From positions 2,062 to 66,061 of the forward strand of contig JBBSAV010000003.1 of the NCBI GenBank assembly GCA_038251965.1: 64,000 bases of DNA. The letters are read 5' to 3'. The translations under genes were made by a program, and so were the position numbers. How positions within the stretch are numbered: the stretch's first letter is position 1; each line of letters begins with the position of its first letter. Source of the stretch: Candidatus Limnocylindrales bacterium (lineage in GTDB: Bacteria > Chloroflexota > Limnocylindria > Limnocylindrales > CSP1-4). The notes beneath the pieces were generated by a model. The model was not told where the DNA came from and did no database searches. It was given only the letters and a program-made list of their open reading frames with translations. Below are positions 9,149 through 17,617 of the stretch, piece after piece.

Positions 9149-9637
9149 TCAGCTGCCCGCCGGGCGCCCCGGAAGCTCGCGACCTTCGTACGCGGTCAGG
9201 TCGGCCAGCAGGTCGTTGGGCATCCGCATCGGGCGCGCTCGCCGCAGGTCGTAGAAGACCTGCACCGTCGAGCCATCAGCGATGGTCCGTGCTGCCCCCA
9301 GCCCCGACGCAGCGGCCTCCACGCAGTACTCAAGGCTGAATGCCGAACGGCTGGTCCAGCTGACGCGCACGGCACAGCAGATGGGCTCACCGAAGAAGGC
9401 CGGCTGGCGGTAGGTGATGTGTGCCTCAGCGATGACGAACGTACGCTTGTCAGCATCAGGCCCGGTACCGAAGGGGTGACCGACCACCTCGGTGTAGTAG
9501 CCGCCCCGGGCCATCTCGAGATAGGAGAAGTAGACCGCGTTGTTGACGTGGCCCAATGCGTCGGTGTCGTTGTACCTGATCTCGATGGGATGTCGATAGC
9601 GGAAGGCACCCTCGAGCGGTCGTGATCGCCCCATCAT
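9149..9637 (-). CDS. Acyl-CoA thioesterase (4HBT/YbgC-like hotdog fold)
   Basis: HPIEIRYNDTDALGHVNNAVYFSYLEMARGGYY is the typical 4HBT N-terminal signature. Confidence 0.8.
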   Translation of the reverse strand: MMGRSRPLEGAFRYRHPIEIRYNDTDALGHVNNAVYFSYLEMARGGYYTEVVGHPFGTGPDADKRTFVIAEAHITYRQPAFFGEPICCAVRVSWTSRSAFSLEYCVEAAASGLGAARTIADGSTVQVFYDLRRARPMRMPNDLLADLTAYEGRELPGRPAGS

Positions 9638-9709
9638 CCGATGCTACTGGCTCTGAGCCGTGCGCGTGAGTGACGTTCGGCCGGCAGAGCCGCCGCGGGT
9701 GCCGTACCG

Positions 9710-10774
9710 TTGCGGGCGATGAAGGAGCAGCCCGAACAGACGTCCGCCACGTCCATCGAGCGCGGCCGGCCCAGCTACTCCTGGCGCTATGGCCAGGACC
9801 GACGGCTGGAGATGGTCCGCGGATTCGTGGATCTTGAGGGGGCGCGGGTGCTCGATGTGGGCTGCGGCATCGGCACGTACGTGCGGCGCTTCCGCCAGTA
9901 CAGCGAAGACGTCCACGGCATCGAGATCGAAGCGGAACGCGTGGCGGAGGCGAGTGCCCAGCTGCCCAACATCGTGCTCGCGGTGGGCGAGGACCTCCCC
10001 TATCCTGATGACCACTTCGACCTGGTCTTCTCCAATGAAGTGATCGAGCACGTCGCGGACGACCGCGCCACCGCCGCGGAGATGGTGCGAGTGACCAAGC
10101 CCGGCGGCTACATCGTGGCCTTCGCGCCAAATCGGTTGTACCCCTTCGAGACACACGGCGCCTACTTCGGGAAGCGCTACGTCTTCGGCAACATCCCCTT
10201 GATCAACTGGCTGCCCGATCCGTTGCGCGACCGGTTCGCGCCGCATGTCCGCGCCTATACCATGAAGGGCATCGAGCGACTTTTCGCGGGGCAGCCCGTG
10301 CGGCTGGTCCACCATCGCGCCATCTACCCGGGTTTCGACAACATCAGCGCACGCCACGCTCGCTTGGGCGCCTTCCTGCGACGAGCCCTGTACGTCGTGG
10401 AGCACACGCCACTGCATCTGTTCGGCCTGTCGCACTTCCTGGTGCTGCGCAAGGTCGCCGAGCCAGCCGATCAGGTCGGCTCCGCGCTAGAGGTCGGCGG
10501 GGGTCTCGGTGGCGACGGGGTCGAGGACGTACGCTTCGATCACGACCGGGACCGACCAATTGCCGGCCAGGTCGCGCCACTGCACGTGGAGCGAGCGTGG
10601 ACCGTCGGCGGCCGAGCCTCCGGTGGCTTCGTCGCCAAGCGGGAAGTCGATGCGGTCGACCGCCGGATAGGTGCGGCCGGTCACGAGCATGCCCTCGGCG
10701 TCCACCTCGTCAGTGAGGCCGACGCGCGCCAGTGCCAAACCACTGCCACCGGGATCGTCAGCGGCGCCGAGTAG
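9710..10774 (+). CDS. Class I SAM-dependent methyltransferase (C-terminal ~95 aa probably non-native read-through)
   Basis: VLDVGCGIGTY motif I, VFSNEVIEHVADD, KPGGYIV. The first in-frame stop is at 10774, which is 288 bp inside the convergent gene. Confidence 0.75.
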   Translation: MRAMKEQPEQTSATSIERGRPSYSWRYGQDRRLEMVRGFVDLEGARVLDVGCGIGTYVRRFRQYSEDVHGIEIEAERVAEASAQLPNIVLAVGEDLPYPDDHFDLVFSNEVIEHVADDRATAAEMVRVTKPGGYIVAFAPNRLYPFETHGAYFGKRYVFGNIPLINWLPDPLRDRFAPHVRAYTMKGIERLFAGQPVRLVHHRAIYPGFDNISARHARLGAFLRRALYVVEHTPLHLFGLSHFLVLRKVAEPADQVGSALEVGGGLGGDGVEDVRFDHDRDRPIAGQVAPLHVERAWTVGGRASGGFVAKREVDAVDRRIGAAGHEHALGVHLVSEADARQCQTTATGIVSGAE

Positions 10775-12166
10775 CCGCAGCGGCGCGCTGCCGATGACGA
10801 CGCTGCGGCCATCGACCTCACCTCGGCTGAGTGCCTCCGGGTCAAGCGCCGGGGACCCGAACGGCGCCGTTTCATCGATGCGGGGCCGCAGTCGGTCGCG
10901 CAACGCCCACCACAGCTCCTCGCGGCCACCCTCCATGCCTGCCGCCCAGATGCCGACACCGGCAAGGCCCTGATCCAGTGCCAAGTCGATCTTGGCACCG
11001 AAGCTCTCCGGATCGTCGTACCAGAGCTGACGCCAGGTCGGCGGGCAGCTCGCGCACTGCCTGCTGGCATACGCCGTCCAGGCTGATGCCTGCTCGGGTT
11101 CGTAGCGCCGGCCGGACCCCGCCGCGATATCCACGGCCTGCGCATAGGTCGCCTCGGTGGAGCCGTCGATCCCGTCGCCGCTGCGAACGGGGGAGCGCGC
11201 TTCGTCGGTCTGCGTCGACCACGCTCGTCCGTACCACGGCAGTCCCAGCACGAGTGCACCTGGCGACGCCTGCGCCAGGGCCCCCTCGACACTGCTGCTG
11301 AGGTCGCCGCTCTCGGGGTCGAGCAGTGGAGCCGTCGACCCGGCCAACGCCGAGCCATCGGTGCGGTAGTTGTAGCCCATGATGACCGCGAGGTCCGCGG
11401 CATCGTCCGCGGTCAGCGCTGCCAGGTCGTAGTTCTCGAGGCCGGACATCACGTCGATGCTGAGGTGCAGATCCGGGTCGACCGCGTCGAGTGCCGCACG
11501 GACGTCGCGCACGAAGTCGGTGTAGTCGTCCGAGACGGCCGCCGGCAATGGCTCGAAGTCCAGGTTGACGCCATCGAACCCACCTTCGGAGACGAAGTCC
11601 GCGATGCGCCCTGCCAGCTCACGACGGGTCTTCGGCTTGCTCAGCAGGGTCACCGTGCGATCGCGTGTGCCTTCGGTCCAGCCTTGGCGTGCGATGACGG
11701 GGACGACCTTGACACCAGCTTCTTGCAGGCCGGACTTCATCTCGGCGAAAGCATCGCCTTCGAGCGTCTTCCAGCCGGGCGGGACATCTCCGGACGGCTT
11801 CCGCTTCACCAGTCGGCCATCACCGGAGGCCTCGATGCTGTGGAAGGCGGCGATGGTCACGAGATCGGTGTCAAGCGTCTGCGCCGCGTCGCCGATGAGC
11901 CAATAGGGCATGAAGGCGACCACCTCGGCCGCCACCGGTTGGGGCGTAGGCGCAGGGGTGGGTAGCGGGGTCGGGGTGGCTAGCGCTGCCGTCGTCGGCG
12001 AGGTCCCCGGCGTGGCCGGCACGACCGAAGGCGGCGTCGTCGTTTGGGAGTCGCCCTCGACGGTGATGCACGCCGATGAGATGAACGCCAGCAGCAGCAC
12101 GAACAGGGAGGTCGTGAGGATGCGGCGACGGATCGGGGCTCCATGGACGTTCAGCACACCACTCAC
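10487..12166 (-). CDS. GH18-like glycosyl hydrolase lipoprotein
   Basis: Lipobox LLAFISSAC, Pro/Thr-rich linker, GH18-type motif GFDGVNLDFEP (DxxDxDxE with N at the second Asp). GTG start lies 4 nt after the copA stop. Confidence 0.7.
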   Translation of the reverse strand: MSGVLNVHGAPIRRRILTTSLFVLLLAFISSACITVEGDSQTTTPPSVVPATPGTSPTTAALATPTPLPTPAPTPQPVAAEVVAFMPYWLIGDAAQTLDTDLVTIAAFHSIEASGDGRLVKRKPSGDVPPGWKTLEGDAFAEMKSGLQEAGVKVVPVIARQGWTEGTRDRTVTLLSKPKTRRELAGRIADFVSEGGFDGVNLDFEPLPAAVSDDYTDFVRDVRAALDAVDPDLHLSIDVMSGLENYDLAALTADDAADLAVIMGYNYRTDGSALAGSTAPLLDPESGDLSSSVEGALAQASPGALVLGLPWYGRAWSTQTDEARSPVRSGDGIDGSTEATYAQAVDIAAGSGRRYEPEQASAWTAYASRQCASCPPTWRQLWYDDPESFGAKIDLALDQGLAGVGIWAAGMEGGREELWWALRDRLRPRIDETAPFGSPALDPEALSRGEVDGRSVVIGSAPLRLLGAADDPGGSGLALARVGLTDEVDAEGMLVTGRTYPAVDRIDFPLGDEATGGSAADGPRSLHVQWRDLAGNWSVPVVIEAYVLDPVATETPADL

Positions 12167-12170
12167 CCTA

Positions 12171-14459
12171 TCAAGTCTGCTCGCGGGGCGGGAGCAAAGG
12201 CAGGCTACGGAGGCGCAGTGAGTTCGCGACCACGCTCACGGAGCTGAAGGCCATCGCAGCCGCAGCAAGGATGGGGTCGAGTCGGAGACCGAAGAACGGA
12301 TACAACAGGCCCATCGCCCCCGGGATGAGGATCAGGTTGTAGCCGAAGGCCCAGCCGAGGTTCTGGCGGATGACGCGAAGCGTCCCTTGGGAGACGCCGA
12401 TGGCCACCCCCACCAACCGTGGGTCGCCACCCACCAGCGTGATGTCGGATGCCTCCATGGCCACGTCCGTGCCGGTACCGATGGCGATACCTACGTCAGC
12501 TTGCGCCAGCGCGGGCGCGTCGTTGATGCCGTCACCCACCATCGCTACAAGGTGCCCGGCGCGTTGCAGGGCCTCTACGTGGGCCGCCTTGTCGCCGGGT
12601 CGCACGCCGGCGCTGATGTGCTCGATGCCGACCGCACCCGCGACGGTCTCTACCGCAGCCTGGCTGTCGCCACTCAGCAGATGGACCACGATGCCGGCGT
12701 CTCGGAGCTGGCGCACGGCGTCGGCGGCACCGGGCTTGACGCGGTCGGCGATATCGATGGCACCGATGGCGACGCCAGCGGCCGCCACCAGGATGGTGGT
12801 GTGCGGCGTGTCGCCCATCGCGATCGGCGTGTCGACGGCGGTCGTGGCCACACCCGCTTCACGCAACAGTTCGGCGCTGCCCACCAGCACTTCCTGGCCG
12901 CCGACGCGGGCTCGCACTCCGCGACCGGTGACGGCCTCGAAATCGGTGGCATCCTCCACTGCGATGCCGCGATGCTCTGCCGCGGCCATGACCGCAGCAG
13001 CCAGCGGGTGCTCGGAGCCGCGCTCGGCAGCCGCCGCCAGAGCCAGCAGTTCGCGCTCGTCGGCCGTGCCCACCGTGCGAAGCGACCGGACATCGGGGTG
13101 GCCGACGGTCAGCGTGCCGGTCTTGTCAAAGATGACCGTATCGACCCGGCCGGCGATCTCCAGCGCCGCCCCACCACGGATGAGCACGCCGCCTTCGGCC
13201 GCACGCCCGGTCCCCACCATCACCGCGGTCGGCGTGGCCAGTCCCATGGCGCAAGGGCAGGCGATGATGAGCACGCTGATCGCGGATACCAGCGCCAGGG
13301 TCAGCGCCGGTTCCGGCCCCAGCAACCACCACGCCACGAAGGTCACCGCCGCGAGTGCGATGACCGCGGGCACGAACCACTCGATGACGCGGTCGGCAAG
13401 ACGCTGGATGGGTGCCTTGGAACCCTGGGCGTCGCGGACCATGCGCACGATCTGGCCCAGGACCGCATCGCGGCCCACATGCGTCGCGCGCAGCACGATG
13501 GTGCCGCTGCCGTTGATGGTGGCACCGATCACGGGATCACCCACACCGCGGCTGACCGGCAAGGGCTCACCGGTGAGCATGGACTCGTCGATGGCGCTGC
13601 CCCCTGAGACGACCACGCCATCGACCGGCACCTTTTCGCCAGGCCGTACGCGCACCAGGTCACCAGGGCGGATGGCCTCGATAGGCACGTCAAACTCCGT
13701 GCCGCCCTCCACGCGCCGCGCCGTGCGTGCCCCCAGGCCGACCAGGGCCGCGACGGCACCGCTCGCCTGCGACTTGGCGCGGGCCTCCATCCAGCGACCC
13801 GCGAGGATGAGTCCCACGATCATCGCTGAGGAGTCGAAGTAGGTGACCGGCTCGATGCCGGCGTCGATCACCAGCGACGGCAGAAGCGTGACCACGACGC
13901 TGTAGCCCCAGGCCGCCATCGTCCCCAGCGCCACCAGCGTGTCCATCGAGACGGTCCCGTGGCGCCCCTGGCGCAGTGCATTGCGCAGGAAGATCCCACC
14001 GGCCCAGAACTGCACGAACGTGGCCGGGATGAGCAACAGCCAGTTGAGCTGGGTCATCGACATACCCAGCCCGCCCGGCCACAGCATCAGCGCCATGATG
14101 GCCACGGCCACAGCCACCGAGACCAGGGCGCGCAGCCCCAGGTCGCGCATCTCTCGAGCGCGCAGGTCCGCGTCGGGGTCGGCGTCATCGAGTGTCAGCG
14201 CTGTCGTCTGCCCCGATGCTCGCTCAGGGCGCACGTCGTAGCCGGCGGCTTCGATGGCCGCGACGACTTCGGCGCGCCCCGCGACGGTGGGGTCCAACGA
14301 CACGGTGGCGCGCTCGGTCGCGAGGTTGACGTTGGCCGCGGTGACACCATCGGCCTTGCGCAGGAAGCGCTCGATCCGGTTGACACACGAGGCGCAGGTC
14401 ATGCCCTCCACGCCGACCGAAAGCTCGATCGGCTCGGGGGCGCTGAGAGGAACCGTCAT
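12171..14459 (-). CDS. copA: Copper-translocating P1B-type ATPase
   Basis: HMA domain [12 protein letters not shown], transmembrane CPC ([13 protein letters not shown]), phosphorylation site DKTGTLT, hinge [10 protein letters not shown]. Confidence 0.93.
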   Translation of the reverse strand: MTVPLSAPEPIELSVGVEGMTCASCVNRIERFLRKADGVTAANVNLATERATVSLDPTVAGRAEVVAAIEAAGYDVRPERASGQTTALTLDDADPDADLRAREMRDLGLRALVSVAVAVAIMALMLWPGGLGMSMTQLNWLLLIPATFVQFWAGGIFLRNALRQGRHGTVSMDTLVALGTMAAWGYSVVVTLLPSLVIDAGIEPVTYFDSSAMIVGLILAGRWMEARAKSQASGAVAALVGLGARTARRVEGGTEFDVPIEAIRPGDLVRVRPGEKVPVDGVVVSGGSAIDESMLTGEPLPVSRGVGDPVIGATINGSGTIVLRATHVGRDAVLGQIVRMVRDAQGSKAPIQRLADRVIEWFVPAVIALAAVTFVAWWLLGPEPALTLALVSAISVLIIACPCAMGLATPTAVMVGTGRAAEGGVLIRGGAALEIAGRVDTVIFDKTGTLTVGHPDVRSLRTVGTADERELLALAAAAERGSEHPLAAAVMAAAEHRGIAVEDATDFEAVTGRGVRARVGGQEVLVGSAELLREAGVATTAVDTPIAMGDTPHTTILVAAAGVAIGAIDIADRVKPGAADAVRQLRDAGIVVHLLSGDSQAAVETVAGAVGIEHISAGVRPGDKAAHVEALQRAGHLVAMVGDGINDAPALAQADVGIAIGTGTDVAMEASDITLVGGDPRLVGVAIGVSQGTLRVIRQNLGWAFGYNLILIPGAMGLLYPFFGLRLDPILAAAAMAFSSVSVVANSLRLRSLPLLPPREQT

Positions 14460-14477
14460 GGCGGTGTCGATGCGGCC

Positions 14478-14795
14478 CTAGCGGCCTACCGGCTTGATGG
14501 CGTAGACACCGATGATCATGTTCACGCAGGGGTCATGGCAGAGTTCCAGACCGACCTCACCCCGGTCCACGAGTTCGGCCAGGAAGCTGCATTCGCGAGG
14601 CGGGAGACCCGCCCAGTAGCGGCGCTCCCGCGTCTCGACAGCGAGGACGTCATCCGCTTCACCGTCGATGGCGAAACGACGCCGCAGCTCATGCATGGGG
14701 ATGTAGGAGCGCGACTTGATGAAACGCCGCAACTGGGCCTGGGTGCAGCCCTGACCCGGGGTCGAGCCATTCCGGCTGCCAGTGTCGTCAGCCAT
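14478..14795 (-). CDS. Small Cys-containing hypothetical protein upstream of copA (possible wHTH/metal-binding)
   Basis: 105 aa from the ATG at 14795 (ggagaaag upstream); the ORF is open to 14858. LRRFIKSRSYIPMHELRRRF is helix-like, and Cys sit at QGC, PRECSF and LCHDPC. Gap to copA is 18 nt. Confidence 0.5.
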   Translation of the reverse strand: MADDTGSRNGSTPGQGCTQAQLRRFIKSRSYIPMHELRRRFAIDGEADDVLAVETRERRYWAGLPPRECSFLAELVDRGEVGLELCHDPCVNMIIGVYAIKPVGR

Positions 14796-14988
14796 GTCTT
14801 CGTCTTTCTCCGCCATCACCGCCTTGATCGGTGTCGCGGCCGGCGCCGTACGCGCCACGGTCAGTCGTCAGGTTCAACGCGACCGTCACACCACGCGACG
14901 ACCGGTCGGCGGATGATACACCCGGCTACTGGGGCAGCCCGCGGGCAGGTCGGCCGTCAGCGGTCTGCCAAGACGTGTGGGTCGGCCG

Positions 14989-16134
14989 TCAGCGGCCTGC
15001 CACGACCCGCAGCTCGCGTGGTGCCCCGTTGAGCGATTCGCCGCCGTCGGGGGTGCAGACCATGGCGTCCTCGATGCGTACACCGTAGCGACCCTCAAGG
15101 TAGATGCCCGGCTCGCAGCTGAAGGTGTTGCCGGCCACGGCGAGTTCCTGATTGCCCCAGACCGCATACGGCTCCTCGTGGACCTCCAGACCGATGCCAT
15201 GACCCAACCGGTGCATGAAGTGGTCGCCATGGCCGCCGGCCGCGATGACGTCGCGAGCCGCCGCATCGATGGCCTCGAAGCTGGCGCCTGGACGGATGGC
15301 GGCACGAGCGGCAGCCTGCCCCGCTGCGGTGAGCTCGTAGATGGATCGGAAGTCGGCGTCAGGACCAGAGCCGCCCTCGCCGGCGATCCAGATGGTGCGC
15401 GTGATGTCAGAGAAGTAGCCCGTCCGGCGCCCACCGATGTCGAGCAGCAACGGCTCACCGGGACGAATGATGCGTCCGCCCGGCTCATGGTGCGGCGAAG
15501 CGCTGTGGGGCCCGGATGCCACGATCCAGAACTCGGCCGTATCGTGCCCTTCTTCCACCAGGGCAGCACGGACATCCCTGGCCACATCGGCCTCCGTACG
15601 GCCGATGAGCGGGCCGACGATGACTCGCTCGATGGCGCGGTCGGCTGCTGCCGCGGCAGCACGCAAGAGGCCGATCTCCTCGGCGTCCTTGATGCGTCGC
15701 ATGGGTGCCAACACCGACGACGCCAGGCCCCAGGCAGCATTCGTCAACGCGGTCTGCAGGCCCATCACGAAGGCCGCCCGCAAGCCGTCGGAAACAAGGT
15801 AGTTACCGCCCTCGTCAATGCTGACGAGCGGTCGCAGCAGCTGGTACGGGTCGTCTGTCTCATCCCAGGTCAGCAGCTCCACCGACTCCGTCCCCAGGCC
15901 TGGGGCTTGTCGTGCCGCGGGCGCCTCCAGTCGAGGACTGATGTACGCGACGGCGCCAGCGGCGGGGATGACGAGCAGGTTCAGCCGTTCATTGCCGTGC
16001 GCGGCATAGCCGGTGAGCCACTCCAGCTCGGGCCCGACCCCGACCAGAAGTGCCGAGGCCCCCGCGCCCCGGAGAGCCGCCTGGGCTGCTGCCAGCCGGT
16101 CTCGGTAGCGTGCCTGGCTGATGCCATGGGCCAC
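14989..16134 (-). CDS. M24-family Xaa-Pro aminopeptidase/dipeptidase
   Basis: Metal ligand contexts LLDIGGRRTGYFSDITRT, HRLGHGIGLEVHEEP, FSCEPGIY, VRIED. Confidence 0.88.
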   Translation of the reverse strand: MAHGISQARYRDRLAAAQAALRGAGASALLVGVGPELEWLTGYAAHGNERLNLLVIPAAGAVAYISPRLEAPAARQAPGLGTESVELLTWDETDDPYQLLRPLVSIDEGGNYLVSDGLRAAFVMGLQTALTNAAWGLASSVLAPMRRIKDAEEIGLLRAAAAAADRAIERVIVGPLIGRTEADVARDVRAALVEEGHDTAEFWIVASGPHSASPHHEPGGRIIRPGEPLLLDIGGRRTGYFSDITRTIWIAGEGGSGPDADFRSIYELTAAGQAAARAAIRPGASFEAIDAAARDVIAAGGHGDHFMHRLGHGIGLEVHEEPYAVWGNQELAVAGNTFSCEPGIYLEGRYGVRIEDAMVCTPDGGESLNGAPRELRVVAGR

Positions 16135-16135
16135 G

Positions 16136-16516
16136 TCAGGACTCCTTCACCCTGTCGGCCGCCAGCCAGCCTTCCACCAGCCGAGTGCCGTCCTCGAAGA
16201 ACTTGCGATAGGAGAACACTCGTCCGGCACCGGCCGTGAGGGCGCGTTTGCGGGTGAGCTGGTCGTCATGCTCGGCGACCGCGATGACCGGCAGCCGAGC
16301 GGCGGACACGTTCTCGATGGCAGTGATGCCGTCGAAACCACGCACCGCCAGGTCGACGATGGCGCCACTGATGGTGCGCACGTCGCCAAGCTCGTATGCC
16401 TCCAGGGCCAGCGCCAGCTCGGATTCGCTTCGCAGGTTGACGGCTGTGCCTCCGGCACGACGCACGGCTTCGGCGATGCGCGTCGACCACATCAGGTCGT
16501 CGGCGAGGACGACCAC
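16136..16516 (-). CDS. Stand-alone response-regulator receiver-like domain protein
   Basis: 126 aa. VVLADD, central IVDLAV (candidate acceptor Asp), PVIAVAEHDD, SYRKFF. Only partial conservation of the canonical T/S and K-P positions. Confidence 0.6.
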   Translation of the reverse strand: MVVLADDLMWSTRIAEAVRRAGGTAVNLRSESELALALEAYELGDVRTISGAIVDLAVRGFDGITAIENVSAARLPVIAVAEHDDQLTRKRALTAGAGRVFSYRKFFEDGTRLVEGWLAADRVKES

Positions 16517-16524
16517 CGCAGCGC

Positions 16525-17610
16525 TCAGGAGACTTCCCAGGTGTCGCTGCTGAAGAGCAGGTCTCGCAGCAGGCCCTCACCCTTGTCGGCCCGGACAAGC
16601 TCGATCTGGCCGGCCACGAGCTGGTGGTGGGTGGGCTTCTTGACGCGCCGGAAGACGCCCACCGGAACGGGGTAATCCGGCCAGAACATGCGCGAGAGGA
16701 TGAACGCGAGCGTGCCGTCCGTCTCGTCATGCACCAGCAGGTCCGACTCGTCGATGCCGTTGCCCAAGTCCACGACCTCCGGCTTGGTGCCGTTCATGCG
16801 GATGCCACGATCGCGCGCCTTGCCAAAGATCATCGGCTCACCGTGCTTGAGGCGGAGCACTCGGTCGTCGCGGACGTCGCGATCGGTGAACTCCCGCCAG
16901 GCACCGTCATTGAAGATGTTGCAGTTCTGCAGCACCTCGGTGAAGGCTGACCCTTTGTGGCGACCGGCCGCGTCGAGCGTCTCCTGGATGTGCTCCGTGT
17001 AGTTGTCGATGGTCCGTGCCACGAAGGTGGCCTCTGCCGCCAGCGCCACCGACAGCGGCACGACCGGCTGGTCGACGGTACCCTCAGGTGTGGACTTGGT
17101 GCGCTTGCCGAACTCCGATGTCGGCGAGGCCTGGCCCTTGGTCAAGCCGTAGATACGGTTGTTGAACATCACCACCTTGATGTCCACGTTGCGCCGCATC
17201 GAATGGAGGATGTGGTTGCCGCCGATGGACAGCGCGTCGCCGTCACCGGTGATGACCCAGACCATCAGGTCCGGGCGCGCGATCTTGAGGCCGGTAGCCA
17301 ACGTCGGCGCACGGCCGTGGATGGAGTGGAAGCCATACGTGTTCATGTAGTAGGGCATCCGGCCCGAGCAGCCGATGCCGCTGATGAACACGATGTTCTC
17401 CCGCGGGTACCCGAAGTCGGGCATCACCTTCTGTGTCTGGGCCAGGATGGAGTAGTCCCCGCAGCCGGGGCACCAGCGCACTTCCTGGTCGGAGACGAAG
17501 TCCTTGCGCGTGAGCGGCAACGGCTCGGTCGCGTTGGCGGGTCCCGCGTTGGCGGGTCCGGTGCTGGCGGGTCCGGTGGCGGTCCGGGGACCGCTGCTGA
17601 TATCAGTCAT
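16525..17610 (-). CDS. korB: 2-oxoacid:ferredoxin oxidoreductase, beta subunit
   Basis: VRWCPGCGDYSIL and TPP-binding GDGDALSIGGNH. The ATG at 17610 follows the korA stop (17618). The longer ORF to 17796 overlaps korA and was rejected. Confidence 0.9.
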   Translation of the reverse strand: MTDISSGPRTATGPASTGPANAGPANATEPLPLTRKDFVSDQEVRWCPGCGDYSILAQTQKVMPDFGYPRENIVFISGIGCSGRMPYYMNTYGFHSIHGRAPTLATGLKIARPDLMVWVITGDGDALSIGGNHILHSMRRNVDIKVVMFNNRIYGLTKGQASPTSEFGKRTKSTPEGTVDQPVVPLSVALAAEATFVARTIDNYTEHIQETLDAAGRHKGSAFTEVLQNCNIFNDGAWREFTDRDVRDDRVLRLKHGEPMIFGKARDRGIRMNGTKPEVVDLGNGIDESDLLVHDETDGTLAFILSRMFWPDYPVPVGVFRRVKKPTHHQLVAGQIELVRADKGEGLLRDLLFSSDTWEVS

Positions 17611-17617
17611 GTGAACC

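Noticed and set aside
12370-13842. 490-aa and 406-aa ORFs antisense to copA
   Set aside because: Low-complexity Ser/Thr/Pro/Ala/Arg translations. copA on the minus strand has all P-type ATPase motifs.
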